Source of the DNA: an uncultured Solirubrobacterales bacterium
Lineage (GTDB): Bacteria; Actinomycetota; Thermoleophilia; Solirubrobacterales; 70-9
Reading direction: 5' to 3'
NCBI GenBank assembly: GCA_963714155.1
Contig: OY970236.1
Span: forward strand, 1,028,028-1,092,027
DNA: 64,000 bases
Shown: positions 17,381 to 25,649 of the stretch, piece by piece
How the letters are laid out: every line of letters starts with the position of its first letter
Position numbering within the stretch: the first letter of the stretch is position 1
The notes under the pieces: model-generated
What the model saw: only the letters and a program-made list of their open reading frames with translations
Told to the model about the DNA's origin: nothing
Database searches by the model: none
Translations under genes and position numbers: made by a program

Positions 17381-17680
17381 TTGCGCGCCGCGGGCATCGC
17401 TATGGTCGAGCGGGTGAGCAATATGGAGCTGGAGCCGGTCTCGGTTCGCGTCCTTCCCCATGAGAGTCCCGCCCCGCTTGCCGTGCGCAACGAGGCACGC
17501 ACCGCGGTGATGGCCGCGGCGGGCGGCGTGCTCGCTGGCGCCGCGACGGTGGCGGCTGTCCGCGCTGTTGGCGCCGTCGCCAGTCGCAAACGCGCTCCGC
17601 GCCGCCTCGGCCGCCGAGAGCGGCCCAACGTCGTCGCCAGCCGCTCCTTTCTGGTCGACGTTCACCTGCTGGGTCGGTGA
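17381..17680 (+). CDS. Small hypothetical protein (one hydrophobic segment, Arg-rich tail)
   Basis: 99-aa ORF whose stop overlaps the next start (GTGA at 17677-17680). The likely start is ATG 17402 or ATG 17423. The sequence contains TAVMAAAGGVLAGAATVAAVRAVGAV, then RKRAPRRLGRRERP. No family recognised. Confidence 0.3.
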   Translation: MRAAGIAMVERVSNMELEPVSVRVLPHESPAPLAVRNEARTAVMAAAGGVLAGAATVAAVRAVGAVASRKRAPRRLGRRERPNVVASRSFLVDVHLLGR

Positions 17681-18573
17681 GCGCTGAGGTAGAAGTGCGA
17701 CCGCCGTCGCCCTTTCGCCTGCCGGGCTATGGCAGCGAGGACGGCACGATGCGGGTCGAGCGCGGCGTTACCTCGCGCCTCCTGCACGTCGAGGGCTGCC
17801 CGGTGCTGGTGCGGGCTTGGGAGCCGGGTAGGGATCGGGTTGCGCTGCGGGCGGAGGCGCTTGATCCGCAGGAGATTGCTGCTCCGGGCCCGGGGATGGA
17901 AGCCAGTGGTGAGGCGGGGCCTGCGGAGCTGGACCTGGCGCTGGAGCGGATGCGCTTCGCGCTCGGCGTCGACGACGACCTCGGCGAGTTCTACCGCCGC
18001 TTCAAGGGCGACCCGCTGCTCGGGCCGCTGCTGCGCCGCCGCCCGCACCTGCGCCCACGCCGCCGTCCCTGGCCCTGGGAGGCGCTCGCCTGGGCGGTGG
18101 TCAAGCAATTGATCGAGACCGGGCGAGCTGCCCGCATCCAGCGCCGCATGGTCGGTCGCTGGGGCCCGCGGCTCGGGCCGGGACGAAGCGGCCTGCGCGA
18201 CGTTCCGACCGCTGACCTGATCGCCGGGCGAGCCCCGGTCGAACTGGAGTCGATGGGGTTGGCGCTGAAGCGGGCGATCGCCCTGCGCGCGGTCGCCGCC
18301 CAGGTCGCCGGCGGTCGTTGTGACCTTGGCGAGCCGGCGGCCGACCGGCGCCTGCTCGGCATTCGTGAGATCGGTCCCTGGACCGTGCAGTGCCTCGGAC
18401 TCTTCGGTCGCGGCGACCCCGATTCGCTGCCCGCCGGCGATTTGATCTACCTCAAGCTGGTCGGTCGCCTGGCCCGGCTCGGTCGCCGGGCGACGGTCGA
18501 GGAGGTGGAGGAGTTCTACGCTCCTTACGCGCCTTTCCGAGGCCTGGCGGGAGCTTGGACGGTCGGTCTTTAG
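17677..18573 (+). CDS. DNA-3-methyladenine glycosylase II (AlkA-like), HhH-GPD superfamily
   Basis: 298 aa. WEALAWAVVKQLIETGRAARIQRRMV and LLGIREIGPWTVQCLGLFGRGDPDSLPAGDLIYLK match the HhH-GPD core with its catalytic Asp region. Confidence 0.75.
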   Translation: MSAEVEVRPPSPFRLPGYGSEDGTMRVERGVTSRLLHVEGCPVLVRAWEPGRDRVALRAEALDPQEIAAPGPGMEASGEAGPAELDLALERMRFALGVDDDLGEFYRRFKGDPLLGPLLRRRPHLRPRRRPWPWEALAWAVVKQLIETGRAARIQRRMVGRWGPRLGPGRSGLRDVPTADLIAGRAPVELESMGLALKRAIALRAVAAQVAGGRCDLGEPAADRRLLGIREIGPWTVQCLGLFGRGDPDSLPAGDLIYLKLVGRLARLGRRATVEEVEEFYAPYAPFRGLAGAWTVGL

Positions 18574-18629
18574 CGGGGCCTTCTGCGGCTGAACTCAAGC
18601 GTGCGTGGTTACGGTCGATAAGCGAGCCA

Positions 18630-20924
18630 ATGGAGAGCTCGAAACGGGGCGGCGCCTGGCCCCAAAAACGCGTCAACGAGTTCCTCGACCAGATCTCGGC
18701 TGGTGGTGAGGACTACCGCCGCTTGATCGAGCGGCTGCCGGCGATCGTCTACGCCTCCGAGCTCGGCGAGCACGGCCGCTGGCGCTACGTCAGCCCGCAG
18801 GTCGAGGAAATCCTCGGCTACACCCCCGAGGAATGGCTCGCCGACCCCGGCCTCTGGGCGCGCCTCCTGCACCCCGACGATCGCGAGCGCGCCCTTTCCC
18901 AGGAGTCGCGCCAGACGATCGGGACCCGCAACCCGCCGCCGGTCGACTACCGCATGGTCACCCGCGACGGCCGCACGGTCTGGATCCTCGACGAGGCCGT
19001 GCTCGAGCCCGATCAAGCCGGCACACCGGTCTGGCACGGCGTCCTCTACGACATCACCGAGCGCAAGAGCGCCGAGCAGGAGCTGCAGCGAGCCGCGGCG
19101 CAGCAGGCCGCGGTGGCACAGCTCGGCGGTCGCGCCCTGCAGGACGGCGATCCGGAGGGGTTGATGCGCGAGGCGGTCTCGCTGCTGCAGGAGATCGATG
19201 GGGTCCACGCCGCTTGTATCTGGGAGATCGGCCGCGACGGTCGCCGCCTCGGCTTGCGCGCCGGGCTGGAGGATCGGGTCGTCGGTGCGGCCCGGGCCTC
19301 GGCTGCCCGCGACTCGCACGCCGGTGCTGCGCTCGACTCGCGCCTGCATGTGATCGTCGATGACTGGTCGGCGGAGCGGCGCTTCTCGATGCCACCGGCG
19401 TTGCGGGTGATGGACGTGCGCAGCAGCCTCGCCGTGCTGATCGACGGCAAGGAGCAGCCCTTCGGCGTGCTCGACATCCACTCCACCGAACCCAATCGCT
19501 TCACCCCGCAGGACGTGCACTTCGTCCAGGCCTCGGCCAACGTGCTCGCCGACGCGATCGAGCGCCACGCGACCGACCAGGCCCTGCGCCACCGCGTCCT
19601 GCATGACCCGCTCACCGGCCTGCCCAACCGGCTCAGCTTCGTCGACTCGCTCAACGATGCGCTCAAGCGCAGCACCGTCTCCGGCTCGCCGGTCGGGATT
19701 CTCTTCCTCGACCTCGACAACTTCAAGCTGATCAACGACAGCATGGGCCACCACGCCGGTGATGAGCTGTTGCAGGCGGTGGCGCCGCGGCTGCGCGGTC
19801 ACCTGCGGCCCGGTGACATCGTCGCCCGCTTCGGCGGCGATGAGTTCGGCATCCTCGTCGACCGCCTCGCCGACGAGGACGAGGCGGTGGCGATCGCCGA
19901 TCGGATCGCGGCGGCTTTCGCCGAGCCCTACGCGATGGGTGGGGTCGAGCACTTCGTCAGCGCCAGCGTCGGCATCGCCGTCGCCCGGCCCTCGACCCGC
20001 GAACCGATCGACGCCGATCTGCTGATCCGCGACGCCGACGCCGCGATGTACCGAGCCAAGGAACGCGGACGGGCCCGCTGCGAGCTCTTCGATGCCGAGA
20101 TGCGGGCCGGTGCGCTGCGGCGACTCGAGGTCGAGCGTGAGCTGCGCCAGGCGCTCGAGCGCAACGAGCTCGAGCTGCACTACCAGCCCTTGATCGCCCT
20201 GCGCAGTGGCGAGATCACCGGCCTCGAGGCACTGGTGCGCTGGCGCCACCCCGAGCGCGGCCTGCTCGATCCCGGTGATTTCGTCCCGATCGCGGAGGAC
20301 AGCGGTCTGATCGAGCCGATCGGGCGCTGGGTGCAGGAGAGCGCCTGCCGGCAGGTGCTCGAGTGGCACGAGCTGCGCCCCGATCAGCGCCCCTTCGACG
20401 TCTCGGTCAACCTCTCGGCGCGGCAGGTGACCAACCGCGAACTGGCCAACTCAATTGGCGAGATCCTCACCAGCACCGGCCTTGACCCGGTCCACCTGCG
20501 GCTCGAGGTGACCGAGAGCGTCCTGGTCGAGGAGTCGGCGACCGCGACCGGTACGCTGGAAGCGCTGAGCGACATCGGCGTCGGCCTCGTCCTCGATGAC
20601 TTCGGCACCGGCTACTCCTCGCTCGCATACCTCAACCGCTTTCCCTTTGACGCGCTGAAGATCGACCGCTCCTTCGTCGACGCGCTCGGGGTCGAACAGG
20701 AGCGCACGGCGATCGTCGAGGCGATCATCGGCATGGCGCGCGCTCTCTCCCTCGACGTGATCGCCGAGGGCGTGGAGAACGAGCCGCAGATGCTGGAGCT
20801 GACCCGGCTCGACTGCGACTACGCCCAGGGGCACCTCTTCTCGCGCGCGCTGCCGGCGGAGAAGATCTCCGCCCTGCTCGGCGAAGGGGCGCCGCTCTAT
20901 TCGGGAATCGCGCCCGGCAGGTAG
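18630..20924 (+). CDS. PAS-GAF-GGDEF-EAL signalling protein (c-di-GMP cyclase/phosphodiesterase)
   Basis: The ATG at 18630 (MESSKRGG...) is in frame with the track ORF from 18390, whose first 80 codons overlap alkA. The PAS region contains YRRLIERLPAIVYASE. The protein also has GGDEF (ARFGGDEFGIL), EAL (GLEALVRWRHP) and DDFGTGYSSLAYL. Confidence 0.9.
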   Translation: MESSKRGGAWPQKRVNEFLDQISAGGEDYRRLIERLPAIVYASELGEHGRWRYVSPQVEEILGYTPEEWLADPGLWARLLHPDDRERALSQESRQTIGTRNPPPVDYRMVTRDGRTVWILDEAVLEPDQAGTPVWHGVLYDITERKSAEQELQRAAAQQAAVAQLGGRALQDGDPEGLMREAVSLLQEIDGVHAACIWEIGRDGRRLGLRAGLEDRVVGAARASAARDSHAGAALDSRLHVIVDDWSAERRFSMPPALRVMDVRSSLAVLIDGKEQPFGVLDIHSTEPNRFTPQDVHFVQASANVLADAIERHATDQALRHRVLHDPLTGLPNRLSFVDSLNDALKRSTVSGSPVGILFLDLDNFKLINDSMGHHAGDELLQAVAPRLRGHLRPGDIVARFGGDEFGILVDRLADEDEAVAIADRIAAAFAEPYAMGGVEHFVSASVGIAVARPSTREPIDADLLIRDADAAMYRAKERGRARCELFDAEMRAGALRRLEVERELRQALERNELELHYQPLIALRSGEITGLEALVRWRHPERGLLDPGDFVPIAEDSGLIEPIGRWVQESACRQVLEWHELRPDQRPFDVSVNLSARQVTNRELANSIGEILTSTGLDPVHLRLEVTESVLVEESATATGTLEALSDIGVGLVLDDFGTGYSSLAYLNRFPFDALKIDRSFVDALGVEQERTAIVEAIIGMARALSLDVIAEGVENEPQMLELTRLDCDYAQGHLFSRALPAEKISALLGEGAPLYSGIAPGR

Positions 20925-21922
20925 TCGTTGCTGAGCAGGCTGGCGGTCGCCGGCAGGCCATCGATCAGTTCGTTGTCGCGCATCCAGCCAATGAACTCGC
21001 GCCACTGGGCGGGGTCCATGTAGCCGTAGGGGCGCTCCTCGCTGGGCGCCTGTCCGAGCAGCGGCAGGGTCACGGCCAGCTCGGCCTTGGTCAGCTTCGG
21101 ATCGAGGTCGGGGTTCGCTTCCAGCAGCGCGTTTGCCGCGGCCTGCGGGTTCTTGGCAGCGGCTGCGGTGCCGCGGGCGAGCGCGGCGATGAAGAGCCGG
21201 ATCGCCTGCGGGTCCGCGTCGAGCTGCTCGCCCTTGGCGACCAGGACCAGCTCGTCGTAGGTGGGCACGCCGAGCTTGTCGACCGGGGTGACCACGGGCT
21301 CCTTGCCCCGCAGGCGCAGGTCGACGCCCTCGACGTTGCTGAAGCCGCCGAGCATTGCCTGGGCGCGGCCGCCGAGCAGCGCCGGCAGCAGGCCGAAGCC
21401 GACGTTGACGACCTTGACCGCCGAGGGGCTCAGACTGACGCGACCGAGGATCGTCTTCAGGTAGGCGTCCTGGTAGGGGATGCCGGCGGTGGCGACGGTC
21501 TTGCCGCGCAGGCCGGCGACCCCCTGGATGCCGGATTTCTTCAGCCAGATCATCGAGGTGAGCGGGCGGTTGACGAGGGTGGCGACGGCCTGCACGCCGA
21601 GGCCCTGTTCCCGGGCCAGGATGACCTCGGGCTCGTAGGAGATCGCCAGGTCGCTGCGGCCCGCCGCAACCTGCTTGATCGGCGCCGCTGGGTCCGACGG
21701 GGTCTGGATCGTGACGTCGAGCCCGGCTTCATCGAAGTAGCCGAGCTTCTGCGCCATGTAGATCCCGGCGTGATCGGGGTTGGGGTAGAAGTCGAGGGTC
21801 AGCGTGAAGGGCTGCGCTTCGCCGCTCAGGCTCTCGCTCTTCTCGCCACAGGCGGCAAGGCCCAGCACCACGGCAAGCAGGGCGATGGCGAGGGCGACCG
21901 CCGGGATGGGGGCGCGCTTCAT
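20897..21922 (-). CDS. ABC transporter substrate-binding lipoprotein, NitT/TauT (NMT1/THI5-like) family
   Basis: 341 aa. The signal peptide plus lipobox is LAVVLGLAACG. LTLDFYPNPDHAGIYMAQKLGYFDEAGLDV is typical of NMT1/SsuA-like binding proteins. Confidence 0.8.
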   Translation of the reverse strand: MKRAPIPAVALAIALLAVVLGLAACGEKSESLSGEAQPFTLTLDFYPNPDHAGIYMAQKLGYFDEAGLDVTIQTPSDPAAPIKQVAAGRSDLAISYEPEVILAREQGLGVQAVATLVNRPLTSMIWLKKSGIQGVAGLRGKTVATAGIPYQDAYLKTILGRVSLSPSAVKVVNVGFGLLPALLGGRAQAMLGGFSNVEGVDLRLRGKEPVVTPVDKLGVPTYDELVLVAKGEQLDADPQAIRLFIAALARGTAAAAKNPQAAANALLEANPDLDPKLTKAELAVTLPLLGQAPSEERPYGYMDPAQWREFIGWMRDNELIDGLPATASLLSNDYLPGAIPE

Positions 21923-21932
21923 TCCCCCCTTT

Positions 21933-22685
21933 CTATCGCCAAGTGACGACGCGACGCTCTGCGAGTGCGACCAGGCCGACCAGGCCGACCGCCATCACCG
22001 AGAGCACGAGCACGGCAGCAAAGAGGCGCGCGGTTTCCAGCTGGGCATTGTCCTGCAGCATCAGGTGGCCGAGGCCGGAGTCCGATCCGGCCCACTCGCC
22101 GAAGACGGCGGCGATCGCTGCAAAGGCGACCGCGATCCGCGTGCCGCTGAAGAAGTAGGGCAGCGAGGAGGGGGCGTCGACCCGCCAGAGGATCTGCGCT
22201 CGCGAGGCATCGAGGCTGCGCATCATCTTGGTCGCCTCGGGGTCGACCGAGCGCAAGCCGTCGTAGGTGTTGAGGGCGATCGGGAAGAAGCAGAGCAGGG
22301 CCACGATCGCCAGCTTCGGGCCGATGCCGTAGCCGAACCAGACGACCAGGATCGGCGCGATGACGATGATCGGGATCGTCTGCGAAGCGACGATCAGGGG
22401 GTAGAAGGCCAGTCGCAGGTTCTCCGATAGGTGCAGGGCGACGGCAAAGGCGAGGCCGGCGATCACCGCGCAGGCGAGGCCGAGCAGCATCTCGCGCAGG
22501 GTCACCCAGGTGTTTTCGGCGAGCAGCGAACGGCTCTGCCAGAGTGCTTCGGCGATTTCGGCCGGCGAGGGCACGAGGAAGCTTTCGAGATTGAGCAGGT
22601 CGGCGAGGGCGCCGCTGCTGGCGGCGATCTGCCAGGCGCCGAGAAGCCCGGCGATCACTGCAGCGGGGAGCAGCCAGCGCTTCAT
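21933..22685 (-). CDS. ABC transporter permease, NitT/TauT family
   Basis: The ATG at 22685 (MKRWLLPAAVIAG...) overlaps the upstream stop (ATGA). The track start at 22922 lies inside the ATPase gene. The EAA-like loop is MMRSLDASRAQILWRVDAPSSLPYFFSG. Confidence 0.85.
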   Translation of the reverse strand: MKRWLLPAAVIAGLLGAWQIAASSGALADLLNLESFLVPSPAEIAEALWQSRSLLAENTWVTLREMLLGLACAVIAGLAFAVALHLSENLRLAFYPLIVASQTIPIIVIAPILVVWFGYGIGPKLAIVALLCFFPIALNTYDGLRSVDPEATKMMRSLDASRAQILWRVDAPSSLPYFFSGTRIAVAFAAIAAVFGEWAGSDSGLGHLMLQDNAQLETARLFAAVLVLSVMAVGLVGLVALAERRVVTWR

Positions 22686-23503
22686 CGGGCTTGACCTCGC
22701 AGTGCCTGCATCGCGCGCTCGCGCACGCTGACGAAGGCGGGGTCGGTGACGGCTTCGTCGCGATCGGCCGCGCGAGGCGCGGGGGCGCTGAGCTGCTCGA
22801 CGATCCGCGCCGGCCGAGCCGAGAGCACGGCGACGCTGTCGCAGAGGTAGAGCGCCTCCTCGATGTCGTGGGTGACGAGGACGACCGTGCGCGGATCGCC
22901 CGCCAATGCCCCCGCGAGCCACTGCTGCATCTCCGCCCGCGTGATCGCGTCAAGCGAGGCGAAGGGCTCATCGAGGGCGAGGACCGGCTTGCCGGCGATC
23001 AGCGTGCGCAGAAAGGCGACGCGCTGGCGCATACCGCCCGAGAGTTCGGCCGGCGTCGAGCGCTCGAACCCGGTCAGCCCGAAACGCTCGAAGAGCCTGC
23101 CCGCCTGGCGCCGCGCCTCGCCGCGGCGGACCCCGCGGTTGCGCAGTGCCAGCGCCGCGTTGTCGATCGCCGAGAGCCAGGGCAGTAGCAGGTCGCGCTG
23201 GGGCATGAAGGCGCAGTGGGCGAGCCGGCTACTCGCCTCGATGCCACCGCCGACGACAATCTCGCCCCGGCTTGGATCCTGTAGACCCACGATCAGCTCC
23301 AGCAGGGTCGACTTGCCGCATCCCGAAGGGCCGACCAGGCCGAGCACGCCATGAGCCGGTAGATCGAGGTCAAGCCGCTCGATCGTGCGCAGCTCGGCGT
23401 AGGAATGAGCCAGGTCGCGGATCGAGACAGCGGCGCCGGCCGCGCTCCTGCTGGCAGGCGATGCGGCTGCGGCGGCGAATTCCCTGGCTTCCGTAGTGGG
23501 CAT
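22682..23503 (-). CDS. ABC transporter ATP-binding protein, NitT/TauT family
   Basis: Walker A GPSGCGKST, signature LSGGMRQRVAFLRTL, Walker B VLALDEPFASLD and the H-loop VTHD are all present. I chose the ATG at 23503 (MPTTEAREF...). Confidence 0.9.
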   Translation of the reverse strand: MPTTEAREFAAAAASPASRSAAGAAVSIRDLAHSYAELRTIERLDLDLPAHGVLGLVGPSGCGKSTLLELIVGLQDPSRGEIVVGGGIEASSRLAHCAFMPQRDLLLPWLSAIDNAALALRNRGVRRGEARRQAGRLFERFGLTGFERSTPAELSGGMRQRVAFLRTLIAGKPVLALDEPFASLDAITRAEMQQWLAGALAGDPRTVVLVTHDIEEALYLCDSVAVLSARPARIVEQLSAPAPRAADRDEAVTDPAFVSVRERAMQALRGQAR

Positions 23504-23529
23504 ATTGGTATCCTGGCGCACTCCGTGCT

Positions 23530-23548
23530 CCTGACCAACAAGGTCAGG
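23530..23548. promoter_or_regulatory. Inverted repeat CCTGACC-N5-GGTCAGG in the 76-nt divergent promoter region between the ABC operon and tauE/rrf2
   Basis: Read directly: cctgaccaacaaggtcagg. It is a candidate operator; function is not established. Confidence 0.35.
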
Positions 23549-23579
23549 AAAGTCGATAACCACCCAGCGCGGAACTCAT

Positions 23580-24509
23580 ATGGACCCGGCAATCATCGTC
23601 TTCGGACTAGGAATCGGCGTACTCGTCGGCATGACCGGCATGGGCGGTGGATCCCTGATGACCCCGCTGCTGATCCTGATCTTCGGCATTCAGCCGACGA
23701 CGGCGATCGGCACCGACATCTTCTACTCGGCGGTCACCAAGACCGTTGGTGGCTGGCGCCACTTCCGCATGAAGACGGTGAACATGGACCTGGTCAAGTG
23801 GCTGGCCATCGGCAGCGTGCCGGCGGCAGTGCTCGGGGTCGCGATCGTCTCCGTGCTCGAGAGTCACATCGGCGAAGACCGCCTTGACTCGCTCGTCTAC
23901 GCCGTGCTCGGGGGGACCCTGCTGATGGTCGGGATCATCACCCTGACCCGGGCGCTGATCCTGCGCGACCTCGTCGACGAGCGCGACCGTTTCGACGTCG
24001 AACGGCGGCACAAGGTCGCCGCCGTGCTGATCGGGGCGACGACGGGCCTGGTGATCGGCGTCACCTCGGCCGGCTCGGGCACCGTGATCGCGATCCTGCT
24101 GATCGCCGTCTACCGCCTGGCGCCGAAGAAGGTCGTCGGCACCGACGTCTTTCACGCCGCGATCCTGCTCTGGGCGGCTGGCATCGCTCACTGGGTCGGC
24201 GGCAACGTCGATTTCGTCCTCGCCGCCAACATCCTGATCGGCTCCATTCCCGGCGTGGTCATCGGCGCCGCCCTCTCCGACAGGGCGCCCACGGGTTTCA
24301 TTCGCACCGCCCTCGGCGTCGTCCTCGTCGGCTCCGGCATCGTCACGATCCAGAAGGGCGACCCGACGGTCTGGCCGATCGCCGCCGCGGTTGCCGCGCT
24401 CGGCCTTGGTGCCATCCTCGCCGCCCCGCGTTGGCTGCACCGGCGCCGCGAGCGCGAAGCGCAAGCCGCCGCTCGCGCGGCGGCGCTGGCGCCGGATGCA
24501 GCCGGCTGA
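23580..24509 (+). CDS. TauE/SafE family sulfite/organosulfonate exporter (DUF81) membrane protein
   Basis: 309 aa, about 8 TM. GMTGMGGGSLMTPLLILIFG and GATTGLVIGVTSAGSGTV form the duplicated G-rich motif of the TauE/SafE family. Confidence 0.85.
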   Translation: MDPAIIVFGLGIGVLVGMTGMGGGSLMTPLLILIFGIQPTTAIGTDIFYSAVTKTVGGWRHFRMKTVNMDLVKWLAIGSVPAAVLGVAIVSVLESHIGEDRLDSLVYAVLGGTLLMVGIITLTRALILRDLVDERDRFDVERRHKVAAVLIGATTGLVIGVTSAGSGTVIAILLIAVYRLAPKKVVGTDVFHAAILLWAAGIAHWVGGNVDFVLAANILIGSIPGVVIGAALSDRAPTGFIRTALGVVLVGSGIVTIQKGDPTVWPIAAAVAALGLGAILAAPRWLHRRREREAQAAARAAALAPDAAG

Positions 24510-24528
24510 CTGATTAACTAGCTGCCAT

Positions 24529-24984
24529 ATGCGTGTCTCGGCGAAGGCTGACTATGCGGTGCGGGCTGCGGCGGAGCTTGCCGCGGCCGAGGAGGGTCCG
24601 GTAAAGGGCGAGAAGCTCGCCGACGCGCAGGACATCCCCCTGCAGTTCCTCGAGCACATCCTGCTCGAGCTCAAGCACGCCGGAATCGTGCGCGCCCGCC
24701 GTGGCGCCAAGGGTGGCTACTGGTTGGCCAAGCCCGCCGAGGAGGTGACGATCGCCGACATCGTCCGCGCCGTCGAGGGGCCGATCGCCCACGTCCAGTC
24801 GGCGCCGCCGGAGTCGATCGAGTACCGCGGCAACGCCGAGCACCTGCAGGAGGTCTGGATCGCCGTGCGCGCCAGCCTCCGCACCGTGCTTGAGCACGTC
24901 ACCCTCGCCGACCTGGTCGCCGGCAAGCTGCCCAGCGAGGTTCAGGCCCTGGCGGCCTCACCCGACGCCTGGGCCGCCCGGTAG
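24529..24984 (+). CDS. Rrf2 family transcriptional regulator
   Basis: MRVSAKADYAVRAAAELA is the canonical Rrf2 N-terminus, followed by wHTH. No Cys cluster is visible, so it is probably not an Fe-S form. It starts 19 nt after tauE and is likely co-transcribed. Confidence 0.85.
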   Translation: MRVSAKADYAVRAAAELAAAEEGPVKGEKLADAQDIPLQFLEHILLELKHAGIVRARRGAKGGYWLAKPAEEVTIADIVRAVEGPIAHVQSAPPESIEYRGNAEHLQEVWIAVRASLRTVLEHVTLADLVAGKLPSEVQALAASPDAWAAR

Positions 24985-25064
24985 CGACTGCCGCCGGGTT
25001 GCGTCGCACATTCGTGTGATTTTGCGAGTAACGCGCGCGCCGATGAGCCCTAGCGTCATCTCCC

Positions 25065-25358
25065 ATGTATCTGCTGGTGAGAGGGCCAGACGGCCGTCCG
25101 GTTGAACTCACTTGGGACGCCTGGGAGCATGTGCGGAAGCGACACCCTCGTATGGCCGACTTGTTGCTGGAGATTGTGCTGACTATCGAATTCCCCACCT
25201 ACCGAGAACCGGATGCCAGGCCCAGTAGGGAGCGGCTGTTCCGGCAGGGCGGGCCAGATGGATGGATCCGCGTCGTGTTGGAGCTCTCTGGGGATTTTGA
25301 TCGCGTCGTCACGGCATTCCCTCAGGCGAGCGAACCAAGGCAACGGCGCAGGCGATGA
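25065..25358 (+). CDS. Putative toxin of a two-gene cassette (BECR-fold / DUF4258-like RNase candidate)
   Basis: 97 aa. WDAWEHVRKRHPRMADLLLEIVLTIEFPTYREPD resembles the H-x3-(K/R)H ... P-D pattern of small Barnase-EndoU-ColE5/D-RelE-type toxins, from memory. It overlaps the next gene by 4 nt. Confidence 0.45.
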   Translation: MYLLVRGPDGRPVELTWDAWEHVRKRHPRMADLLLEIVLTIEFPTYREPDARPSRERLFRQGGPDGWIRVVLELSGDFDRVVTAFPQASEPRQRRRR

Positions 25359-25630
25359 GAATTCGCATTGGAAATCACGAATTCGATGACGTTGTCTACG
25401 ACGCCGACGGGGACGTCCTCTATCTACACAGAGGGGAGCCCGTTCCGGCGGCAGAAACGCTCGCTACGCCGGAGGGTCATGCTGTCATGCTCGATGGCCC
25501 GGGCGAGATCATCGGTATCACCATCGTCAACGCAAAGTGGTTGATAGAGCGTGACGGCCAGATCACGATCAGCGTCCCGGAACACATCGAGACGTCGGCA
25601 AGCGACCTGGCCCCTGCGCTCGTTGTCTAG
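25355..25630 (+). CDS. DUF2283 family protein (putative antitoxin partner)
   Basis: 91 aa. VVYDADGDVLYLHRGE...EGHAVMLDGPGEIIGITIVNAKW matches the DUF2283 pattern (YD-x-x-x-D-x-LY ... G-x-I-x-G-I-x-I). The DNA is noticeably A/T-richer than its surroundings. Confidence 0.6.
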   Translation: MRIRIGNHEFDDVVYDADGDVLYLHRGEPVPAAETLATPEGHAVMLDGPGEIIGITIVNAKWLIERDGQITISVPEHIETSASDLAPALVV

Positions 25631-25649
25631 TTCCCCCGGGTCGGTCGCC

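Noticed and set aside
18390-18629. N-terminal extensions in the ORF track (18390, 57855, 59900, 46533, 7501, 22922, 43698 and others)
   Set aside because: The track reports the most upstream ATG, GTG or TTG. These extensions overlap the preceding gene and are Arg/Pro-rich. A downstream start with an SD or an ATGA/GTGA coupling fits better.
18609-20369. 586-aa - strand ORF opposite the PAS-GAF-GGDEF-EAL gene
   Set aside because: It is an antisense artefact for the same reasons. GGDEF and EAL motifs are present on the + strand.
23504-23579. Possible TPP riboswitch ahead of the NMT1/THI5-like ABC operon
   Set aside because: The leader is at most 76 nt and lacks the CUGAGA and ACCUGA-type conserved elements.
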